From positions 1 through 12,830 of the forward strand of contig JBHGNT010001030.1 of the NCBI GenBank assembly GCA_043228905.1: 12,830 nucleotides of DNA, written 5' to 3'. Source of the stretch: Azolla caroliniana. Taxonomy: Eukaryota; Plantae; Polypodiophyta. The position numbers and the translations under genes are program-made. Positions 1-8,712 of this stretch are shown here, piece after piece; positions within the stretch are counted from its first letter, which is position 1, and each line of letters opens with the position of its first letter. The notes beneath the pieces are model-generated. The model ran no database searches and was not told the origin of the DNA. It saw nothing but the letters and a program-made list of their open reading frames with translations.

Positions 1-569
1 AGAAATCCTCTCCTCTTTTGGGTTCGTTACAGTTTAGCAGCTCATTGGTATGGATATCCGATTGGAATGTGTGGCATTGGTAAAATTATGAAGCCATTGT
101 AGTTGGTTCCAACAAAGAAATTCACCTTGAATCTCTAGCAAACCTAGGGAAAGCACTTGACTTGGTAGTAATCTACTAGTAAGTGGGATGCAAGTGTCTA
201 ATGGAGTGTAAGAGGAGACAAAAGTTGGGGTAGATAAACCTCAATTGGGAGAAAGGTTGATACAAGGCCAGCTCAAAAATATTACCCTCCAATAGGAATG
301 GTGGAAGGTGTGGTATGGCATGTGCTAAACCAGGATAAGATGAAGTTCGTCACAAAGTGATGCCTCTTAGTCTCATCTTTGATGATGTTCGAGCTTCAAA
401 CAACATCGTTGACATTTCAACGGATCATCTTGGAGATCTTCTAACCCTTCGTCCTTCATCTTCGGCTTTCATGTCGAAAATTTGGCAACAATTTTGCACT
501 ACATATCCAAGTAGACGTGCAATGACCCAACTTAGTCTCAACATTGTGAATGCTCTTTGGAGGTGCCCA

Positions 570-1300
570 AAGGGAATGGTAGTATATCTTGGGCAATGAA
601 GGCATTATCCAAGAGTAGGCAAGGGGAAGGTGATCTTAGATACACATGACACACTCACCAATGCCGAGGCCTTGCATGTTTTCTGAGTTAGCGAAGCTGG
701 GGCAACTAAATGTTGCACTCCATGGAACACTTTGCAACACCCATCTAAATCCCACCTCCCCTCTTTGATGTACTCCCGATAACCCTTATCCCATTAATAA
801 CTTGATTATTCTATATTTTCACATTGAGAAGTTATTGAGCTTCTTGATGACTATTTTATCAACTTCATCTCCACCCATCTTGGTAGCTACATATAATGAA
901 TGGCCCTTAACTAAAAATCCACTTGCAAGAACAACAATAAGTGGGAACATTGGATGCCCCTTCTACTGTCTTCCGTTGTCTTCCAAGAGATGAGCCTCAA
1001 AATCTCGCTCACGATGACCCTCTTTTCGGAAAATATTCATCTAATACTTCAGCCATTTATTGATTTGAGCCTTCTTTTTGTTATTGAATTTCTTTTTACT
1101 CGAGTGTATGTTCCTTCTCTTTGAAGACTTCCATTATAAATTAGTTTCTCCACCTCTAAGCTCTTTTGTGTGTGGTGAACACTTCTAGCTTATTTTGTCA
1201 TCACACTAATATTTCATCACAAATGAATCTAAGGAAGCCATTTCACCTTGTTTATTAGCAGCTTATGCTAGTAATGATATAAACGTAATCATTAGAGTAT
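570..1300 (-). mobile_element. Highly degenerate Ty1/copia-like gag-protease remnant (stops and frameshifts)
   Basis: Minus-strand translation gives motifs in copia order: SNDYVYIITSIS (~1295-1260, gag-like); NIFRKEGHRERDF (1037-999, a CX2CX4HX4C knuckle with two Cys codons changed to Phe); WIF-[frameshift]-AIHYM (~920-890, cf. WILDSGATHHM); FANSENMQGLGIGECV (695-648, cf. xANGxxxxVxGIGxV). Boundaries are approximate and no LTR was seen. Confidence 0.4.
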
Positions 1301-1771
1301 GTTATCATTGCCAATTTGTTGTTGTGAGTGAAGCTAGACATTTGTTTATTAGTAACTAGTGGGAAAAACGAGCCAACGAGGAAACATGATATTCTTATAG
1401 CGATTCCTTTGTCACTAATGAGTAAAAAAAAGACAAGGCCCTATGATATTTTTGGTTTCCTCATGTTATGGGTTTCGAGAATCCAATCACACACATGAAC
1501 ATGGAATTGCTACTTCTTCCTCGTTTGATAATAACTTGTAATCCTTTGTCACTCCACTCATTAAAACTAAAGAGAAAAACCTTTGAATTTTCCATTTATT
1601 TAGTAATGACTCATGTTATTGAGGGTCCAACCATCACAAATCTCAACAAGCCAAGGCCAAACATCACCCACAATCCTTCATTGACATTGGATAGAAAAAA
1701 AGGCAGACATTGCAAACTTGTTTCGAAGGGGACAACTTTTCATGGAGGAAGCACCGGGATGGATCGTGGAT

Positions 1772-1783
1772 TGTTACGTAACA
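1772..1783. promoter_or_regulatory. Perfect 12-bp palindrome TGTTACGTAACA with ACGT (A-box) core, candidate bZIP site
   Basis: Palindrome seen directly about 190 bp upstream of the cyclophilin ATG. Function is inferred only. Confidence 0.25.
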
Positions 1784-1917
1784 CCTGAATTTTCGGAAAT
1801 TACCAGAATACCCTCTTGTGATGATGTGACAAACCTGTTACCCTCTGTAAAAAGAAAAAGAAGGGCAGAGGAAGAGAAATCCAAATCCTCAGAAGGCAGA
1901 GAGAATACTCTGTTCCA

Positions 1918-1930
1918 CCCCCCCCCCCCC
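1918..1930 (+). repeat. C13 homopolymer in the pyrimidine-rich leader of the cyclophilin gene
   Basis: 13 consecutive C, ending 43 nt upstream of the ATG at 1974. Confidence 0.9.
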
Positions 1931-1973
1931 TCCTTCAGTGTCCTTTTCTCGCTCGCTCTTTCACTTTCGAGCC

Positions 1974-2131
1974 ATGGCGAGGATCAAACCTCAGGCTCTC
2001 CTTCAGCAAAGCAAGAAGAAGAAGGGCCCAGCTCGTGGCCTCAGCGTCCCCACCGTCTTATCCCTCTCTGCCTTCCTCCTCCTCTCTGCTCTCCTCCTCC
2101 TCCTCCTCCACCACAGACACAGAGCTCACAA
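1974..2131 (+). CDS. CYP21-4: CYP21-4-like exon 1 (basic N-terminus plus transmembrane anchor)
   Basis: [52 protein letters not shown]; donor AA|gtaagc, phase 2. Confidence 0.93.
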
Positions 2132-5123
2132 GTAAGCACTCCATTCGCTTCTCCGTATGCTATATTTGACACCCTCCCCCCAAAACATGAACCAAATAGA
2201 TAACATGCAAAACATGGAAACAAAGAGAAAAAAAAACAAAAAAAGAACGAAGCTTTAGATTTTTAAAATCGCGCAAATAAGAAATAACACGTGAAAACAT
2301 GAAACAAAGAGATAGTATGCAAAACATGGACGAGCCATCATCATCGATACCCCTTGTCAATACTTTTACGCATCCGGTACTATGCATGACTTCAAATGCA
2401 TCAAGTGCTTTCCTTTTTTTTGTGAATTCAGATCCATTGTTTATCCTAGACTTGTTTTCTTGTGACGAGTCTCCTAGAAAACAGATAGTTTTCAGCTGTC
2501 TATCTTTGATGTGCGTTTCCTTGGTGTGGAAGAAATAGTAATGTCTTTCTGTTCTGAAGATTCCACGGAATTGGTGGTTTTAGGTTTTTCACTTGATTTA
2601 CATTTTCTTATTATAAAGGCAATAGTGGTAATCTTTTATTGTGAAGATTCATCTTAATGGATACGACTTTAGCATGTTGTTTAATGTACACATGCTTGTA
2701 TATGAAGGTATATGGATGATGGCGGCCATTCCTACATAATATAACGTAAAATTTATTAGCACTCCTATTAACAGTTAAATATATTGACATTTGTCCTGTT
2801 TTCACATTTCTTGATTGAAGTTATTACGATTTCTATATTGGCACAATCAATCTACGTAAACAGACAGATAGATCTCTCTCTCTATACACACACACACACT
2901 CCAATGAGGAGAGATTTTTTTAACACTATTTTTGTTGATCTTAGGGATGGTGGTCATGTCGACTCTCGATTTCTATTTGAGGTAAACATCCTATTTGATC
3001 TCAATTGTCCCAAAAAATGTCTTTTGCTTTTATTTAATGAGATACAAATAGTGAAGTTTCAACTTTCAAGCAGCTAGATAAGAATTAAAGCTAAAGAATG
3101 TTTGGAATAAGATTTACAACTTCAAGTCAAAGGATGATCACCTGATTATTTCATAATACAACTCAAACTGATGAGAAAAATGAACGTTAGTAACTTACAT
3201 TTCTACCACAGGAATAATGACGTAAAATGCACTTAATCATATGTTGTCAAGTCCTAAAGCTGGTATTATAACTTGCTGGAGTATTTCGTTTAATCAAAAA
3301 ACCCTTGTAAAAATGGTATATGACTAGGATCATATATCCAAATAAATCTTAATCTTAGCTCAGAAAGTTGAAGCAGGTAGTAGCTCATAGTAGGCATCTG
3401 GTTCACCACAGTTGCCAATAAAAGAGCTCATATTGTAGCTTACCACCCATCTTGAACAGTGAAAACTAGAACCTTTTCAGCATTAGTGAATTGTTTCATC
3501 ATATATCTTTGACCCTGTGGAAGCTGGAACATGGCTATTGAGATGTGTGGTAACCAAACCTTAGCTTAAAACTATCTCAATCCTAGCCAAAACTAGATAG
3601 ACTAACCACCAAAATTTCTCCTAAATACCTGAAGAAAGCTTCACAAAAAGCTCTGGAGATCATCACCATGCATACTATTTCTACCTCAGATGGCGATCAT
3701 TTTGTCAACAAGCATGATGTCATTTTTCACATGTTTCAAATAAGTCAATAGGAGGAGCTACTTGTTCTGATCTGGCATGTTCTATTTTGGGTGTCACGGT
3801 TACATCCCTCCTTAGTCTAGATGTGACACACTTTGTTCCTCTAAGTACCCCCGAGCTTGGAAGGATGGCACCTTTAGTCAGAAAATGAACTATATTACAC
3901 TGTACTTGCTTCATATACATTTCATAATATATGTAATGCTAATATTATTTTGCTATTAATCACATTTAAAGATTATGCCTTGAAGCTGGGCTCCTAGAAA
4001 ATATTATAATCAACTCATTTGAAGTGAAATACTGTTGCCAACAATCTTCATAAAAGGATATTTTTGGTTCTGTGATCTAACAATGCTGTCTTGTAGGATG
4101 AAGACACCTTTGGATTTGGACATGGACATAAACTGGGTAAAGCGCCACGTTATGCGGTAAAATTTGGTGCTTTTTATACTCATGATCATTTGGTACACAG
4201 AAAAATGCATGCTGACTTTCTTGCGAGACATCTTCATCACAAATGAAAACAGGTGTTGAATACTACGAAAGGATCCATAAGTGTGCAGCTCTCATTGCAA
4301 GGAGCTTTGGAGACGGTGAAGCAGTTCGTAAAATATAGGTAAACTGTAAAGTGATATTGGATTTGGAAGGGTGTGACTGAATTGATTTGCATGTTATACT
4401 GACAGTTAATATTTGCTGCTCTCATGCAGTGAGAAGGGCTACTATGATGGCTTAACTTTTCATCGTGTCATCAAGCATTTCATGATTCAAGGGGGGGATC
4501 CAGAAAAGGCAGGAGCAAGGGAGGAGTGGACACAAGTTGGTCATCTGAATGATGAACTTGAAGCAAGGTATGATCATTGGAAGTAGGAACAGTATTGCAT
4601 ATATAGAGTAACTATATACATAGTTAACACACAATATATATATGTATATATATAAAATACATGTGTTATGTATAAAATATGGGTTAGCTATTTCATTTCC
4701 AAGTAGGGAGAACTAAGAGAGTGTTTCCACCATTGTGCTATATATGCAGTTTGAAGCATGAGCCGTTTACGCTAGCAACATCAAAATCTCGTTCTGATTC
4801 AGAGGGATTTGAACTATACATAACTACAACTGCTATACCACATTTGGATGATAAACTTCTGGTTTTTGGTCGAGTGGTGCGAGGAGCAGATGTTGTTCAG
4901 GTATTTTTATCTTTCCAATAGATGTTTGTTCACAAAGAAACAAATGCTACTAACTATTTTGCTGATTGTGATATAGCGTCTTTCATGGTTATTATCTCCT
5001 ACTATTATTGCGTACTAATTGTGGTATGTACTTCAGGAAATAGAAGAAGTGGACACAGATGAGCATTTTCGGCCCAAATCTGCAGTTGTGATAAACAATG
5101 TTGCTTTCCATGATGAACTTTAA
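1974..5123 (+). CDS. CYP21-4: Cyclophilin-type PPIase-like protein, CYP21-4/CYP21-3 family, 7 exons, 238 aa, N-terminal TM anchor, C-terminal HDEL
   Basis: join(1974..2131,2945..2981,4097..4156,4253..4338,4430..4567,4750..4900,5037..5123) = 717 nt. All introns are GT-AG with consistent phases. The start is gccATGg. The N-terminus [19 protein letters not shown] matches the recalled plant CYP21-4 start. Cyclophilin motifs are [15 protein letters not shown] and [25 protein letters not shown]. Confidence 0.93.
2873..2899. repeat. Compound (TC)n/(AC)n microsatellite in cyclophilin intron 1
   Basis: tctctctctctatacacacacacacac. Confidence 0.8.
2945..2981 (+). CDS. CYP21-4: CYP21-4-like exon 2 (37-nt small exon)
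   Basis: atcttag|G GAT...GAG|gtaaac, encoding (K)[12 protein letters not shown]. It bridges the phase-2 end of exon 1 to the phase-0 start of exon 3 exactly. Confidence 0.8.
4097..4156 (+). CDS. CYP21-4: CYP21-4-like exon 3
   Basis: ttgtag|[20 protein letters not shown]|gtaaaa. Confidence 0.88.
4253..4338 (+). CDS. CYP21-4: CYP21-4-like exon 4
   Basis: aaacag|[28 protein letters not shown](S)|gtaaac; first beta-strands of the cyclophilin fold (TTKG). Confidence 0.9.
4430..4567 (+). CDS. CYP21-4: CYP21-4-like exon 5
   Basis: atgcag|[45 protein letters not shown](S)|gtatga; cyclophilin signature. Confidence 0.95.
4750..4900 (+). CDS. CYP21-4: CYP21-4-like exon 6
   Basis: atgcag|[50 protein letters not shown]|gtattt. 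Confidence 0.95.
5037..5123 (+). CDS. CYP21-4: CYP21-4-like exon 7 (terminal)
   Basis: cttcag|[31 protein letters not shown]. Confidence 0.93.
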   Translation, partial: EIEEVDTDEHFRPKSAVVINNVAFHDEL

Positions 5124-5748
5124 GTTTGTGCAAATATTTTTCTTCTGCTAGGTTGTGTTACCTGCTGAAACCACTGATTACCTGCCTAAAACGCTGATTT
5201 TGCAAGAGGCTACAATCTCTTGAAAGCTTCTTTGGAGTGATGGCTGCAAATTCCATTTTATTCTACCCAAATATTTCATGCACCGATTCAAATGCATTTT
5301 GCAAATTGTAACGAGTTGCAACCTCTTGCAAGATAGTCAGAATTCTATACACCATGTATAATATTACAGACGTTACCAGTTTAAACCTATTAATGGTTAA
5401 AATGGTGTGTATGAACATTGCATTAGGCATGTAGAAATGCTAGGAAGTATTAACGCACGTGAGTCACAATCCTTTATTATGTATGTCTTTATTCCTAAAA
5501 TTGCCATTAATTATATATTTTTTGTTCTTCATTTATTATCATAATGCAGATAATTGTTAATGATGCGTGGAAAGTAAAATAGAAACTTTAATATTATGCT
5601 GCCTTTGGCACACGGTGTGCACCACACCAACTAAGCATATTCATCACTTGGCAAAGCGGCGTTAGACAGAGAAACCACATGAGGAGTTAAGTTGCTGATT
5701 TAGCATTAAACTCTACTTTTTGTTGCACCTTAACCTCTTATTTCATAT

Positions 5749-5810
5749 ATTGCATCACAAATAAGTCTTCTCTTTGTCGTCCATTAATTCCATTGCATCA
5801 CAAATAAGTC
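5749..5810. repeat. 19-bp perfect direct repeat ATTGCATCACAAATAAGTC, two copies
   Basis: Copies at 5749-5767 and 5792-5810 with a 24-bp spacer, in the region between the convergent genes. Confidence 0.9.
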
Positions 5811-6498
5811 CCATACCATTGAATATTACTGTATGTTATACCTTGGGAAAAAGAAAGCTTAGCCTCACCAATAGACTCTCAATGGTGTCTATAGAAGGCA
5901 TAATGAGGGTAGTAATGCCCTTCATATAGGTGTTAAAGAGTGTACCTAATGCCCTTTACATATCCCCAACATTGAAAGCTCCCAAATAACCACACATTAT
6001 AGATCCTTATAGGTTTGTCCTAAATCTTCAAAACTTGATTCCAACAAGTCATAATGTGTCTTTAAGACTGGAGAAATTCAAAATGTGAGCATACACATGT
6101 TCCTTGGTACCTACTAGCTCAATCCTTTACATGGGCTTATGCATCACTTGTTCACTATACAAATCCATTTATGTAATGCATGGGCTTTGCAGATCTCACT
6201 AGTGATGGACACTCAATAACCACATTTGCACATCACTAAACTGTTCATTCAAGTTTGCTTTGTGGATATTGCCATCTTCACATCACAACCTATTACATGA
6301 CCTAATATGGCATTCTTTACGCAAAACTCCAATTCTAGATCATTAAGGAAAGTGTGTCCTCTTAAAACTACCCTTCAAATTTAAAAGAAAATGAATACGT
6401 AAGCATGAATATCTGTCGGTTATGGTTCTGTATGTGCATGAGACAGCAATCTTTGTTTCTCTGAATTTATAAAACTAAAAAAGAGGCTTATACTATGA

Positions 6499-6705
6499 TA
6501 CAAAATACGTACTTTTCAATGTATAGCTAAGCTACTAAGTTAAGTCTTTGAAAAGGTTCTCAAAGATAGTATTTTAGCTACTAATCCTGTATCAAGGCAT
6601 CTACAAAATACGCACTTTTCAATGTATAGCTAAGCTACTAAGTTAAGTCTTTGAAAAGGTTCTCAAAGATAGTATTTTAGCTACTAATCCTGTATCAATG
6701 CATCT
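6499..6705. repeat. 103-bp tandem duplication spanning the RINT1-like stop codon
   Basis: 6499-6602 matches 6602-6705 at offset 103 with two mismatches (6510 t/6613 c; 6596 g/6699 t). Confidence 0.97.
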
Positions 6706-8712
6706 TAACCCACATTCTTTTAATCTTGCTGATCTATCTTCATCTCCTTGATCTCGGAAACCCCAGCTAGAACCTGATAAGTTCTGCTGCAATTGCAGAA
6801 CATCATCTTGTTGCATAGTTAGCAATATAACAGTGTCACCCAAGCTTGGAAAGAAGCTTGAAGGTCTAACACAAAAAGGTCTGAAAATTTGGAAGAGAGC
6901 ATGTATATCACAAGCAAGCTGTGTACTGCCAAGTTCCGAAAATCGTGCCCCACCTAGAATTACTGAATTTAGGAAAAACTGATCCAAGCCTAAAGCCAAA
7001 CCACGCCAAAAGTCTACAAATATCACTCCTCCAAGGCAACTGCTGAGCATTCTCACCCTTAACTGAAGCATAGCAAGGGCATCTATAAAACTGGATGAGA
7101 CTGTGGTATCAACTATGTCCAAGCTATGTTTATATTCTTGCCATCGTTTCTTGTTTCGTTGGTAGTCCTGGCAGCATGCATCAAATGCTCTTATTGTTGC
7201 TGATACAACCTTCTGAAGCCACTCATTCTTAAACTGCACTAAACATGATAACTCCTCATCGAAAACACAACCTTGTACAGAAACCAAGCTTTCCCCAGAT
7301 TGCAACACTTTCACACCACTAATCTTTGAATTGCATTGATTGTCTGCCAATGAGATTTGAAGCCGCCTTAAATCTAGGAAGAAGACATCTTCACTCCATT
7401 CTAGTAGTTTATGCTCACAATAGCATGAAGCATTAATGCAAGAAACAACTTTCACTACCGCACCCTCCTCTGAGAGGGCAGTTGTAGCTTCGGCTTCTTG
7501 GCATCTTTGTAGTAGAGTGCCCAAGAAGTCTTTCACAAAAGGAGACCCCACATTTCTAATGAATTCAAGCTTCCAATCCTCTCTAGGAAGACTTCTGCAT
7601 CGATTAATAAGTGTCCACATCCTAAGCATAATTGCCTCTGCACCTTGTGGGTGCCTGTAGTCTTCTTGTTCAAAGGAAGTTCTTTGAACTGCAGAGCTGA
7701 CTACATCAGATGGGTTGTAGTGAGACCAGGCTCTTTCCTCCTGTAGTTCTCTATTAAGTTTCCTTTGGGCATCAACCAGCTCTAATTGACTCCACAGATC
7801 TAACCATTCTTTCCGTTCTCCCAAAACAGTCACACATTTTATAACCGATTCAAGACCAGCAGCATCTTCATCAAAGAAATCCAATTCCACCTTCGATGCT
7901 AAAGGACCTATTGATTTCGACGAAAGACTGTGCATTTTCTTATCAAAGGATATTGCCAGGTCTACTATGTGAAGCCAAAATGATGATTCTTCCTTGCCTT
8001 TCACATCATCTGAAAGTTTCTCCACAAGCTCAGGCAGAGTGTGGGATCGAAGATGATTCATAAGCATTACAGCTACTGCAGATATCCATTCCTCTCGCAC
8101 GCAGTAACCAGCTAGCCTGACCTGATCTAGCATAGGTTGTAGAACTGTATCAATAATTTCTACATGTTGCTGTGCTACCTGGTAAGCTAAGCCAAAAATA
8201 AGATCTGGGTTCTCAGACCACTTAAGGAAATGGACAGCTGCCCTTGAACTAATGAGTGCCATCATCTCCTCGATTGCCCACAATATTTCATGATCATGTC
8301 CATAATTCCCATTTCCTGGGCTTTTATGTGAGACCTCTATTGCTTGTCTAGCCTTACGGCGGCATTGCAATGCTTGCAATGCCGATAACGATACAAAACT
8401 ACTCTCAAATTTCTGTTTCATCTCACCGTTTAGCTTGACAAGAGGGTTCTCTGTCTTCAAATCTGAATGAGCACCCTCTTGAATGACTCCTACAGAAAGT
8501 GGTGGTGGCCACCTGATCTCTGCTAATTTTGATCTATAATCTGCAATTGCCGATGGTCTAAGGGAAGCCACAGCTTTGTCCACTCGTATATCCACTGCCA
8601 CTAATAACCTCTTCCACTGTGGCCAGGATTTTATTGTCTCACCAATAACATCCTCTATCTTTTGAAGAGAAGCTATTGCTGAAGAGAACTTGCTGGATAG
8701 ATCAATAAGAAC
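6643..8712 (-). CDS. MAG2L: RINT1-like exon 3 (2070 nt, terminal; RINT1/TIP1 domain)
   Basis: Long open ORF. Acceptor ttgcag|GTT at 8712; stop TAA at 6645-6643. Confidence 0.95.
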   Translation of the reverse strand, partial: VLIDLSSKFSSAIASLQKIEDVIGETIKSWPQWKRLLVAVDIRVDKAVASLRPSAIADYRSKLAEIRWPPPLSVGVIQEGAHSDLKTENPLVKLNGEMKQKFESSFVSLSALQALQCRRKARQAIEVSHKSPGNGNYGHDHEILWAIEEMMALISSRAAVHFLKWSENPDLIFGLAYQVAQQHVEIIDTVLQPMLDQVRLAGYCVREEWISAVAVMLMNHLRSHTLPELVEKLSDDVKGKEESSFWLHIVDLAISFDKKMHSLSSKSIGPLASKVELDFFDEDAAGLESVIKCVTVLGERKEWLDLWSQLELVDAQRKLNRELQEERAWSHYNPSDVVSSAVQRTSFEQEDYRHPQGAEAIMLRMWTLINRCRSLPREDWKLEFIRNVGSPFVKDFLGTLLQRCQEAEATTALSEEGAVVKVVSCINASCYCEHKLLEWSEDVFFLDLRRLQISLADNQCNSKISGVKVLQSGESLVSVQGCVFDEELSCLVQFKNEWLQKVVSATIRAFDACCQDYQRNKKRWQEYKHSLDIVDTTVSSSFIDALAMLQLRVRMLSSCLGGVIFVDFWRGLALGLDQFFLNSVILGGARFSELGSTQLACDIHALFQIFRPFCVRPSSFFPSLGDTVILLTMQQDDVLQLQQNLSGSSWGFRDQGDEDRSARLKECGLRCIDTGLVAKILSLRTFSKT

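Noticed and set aside
1354-1620. AACTAGTGGGAAAAA resembling a CACTA transposon end, with CCTTTGTCACT repeated twice
   Set aside because: The first base does not match CACTA, and no matching opposite end or TSD was found. Too weak to call.
2130-2135. In-frame TAA at the exon 1 donor, giving a 53-aa anchor-only peptide on intron retention
   Set aside because: This is an automatic consequence of a phase-2 GTAA donor; there is no independent evidence of function.
1718-2223. ORFs 1718..2203 (+) and 2041..2223 (-) with poly-Pro or poly-Gly
   Set aside because: They are alternative-frame readings of the (CTC)n and C13 repeats in and near cyclophilin exon 1.
3398-3830. Short imperfect inverted repeats in cyclophilin intron 2 (ggttcaccaca/tgtggtaacc; gtgtcac/gtgacac)
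   Set aside because: Too short and imperfect to distinguish from chance.
5124-5151. Possible 3' UTR intron gtttgt...gctag immediately after the stop
   Set aside because: At 28 nt it is below plausible plant intron size.
5749-5810. Repeat-spacer-repeat as a mini CRISPR array
   Set aside because: There are only two 19-bp copies, the context is eukaryotic and intron-containing, and no cas genes are present.
7436-7660. Antisense ORF within RINT1-like exon 3 (likewise 11300..11521 and 11196..11423 over exon 1)
   Set aside because: These are shadow frames of real coding exons with no recognisable motifs.
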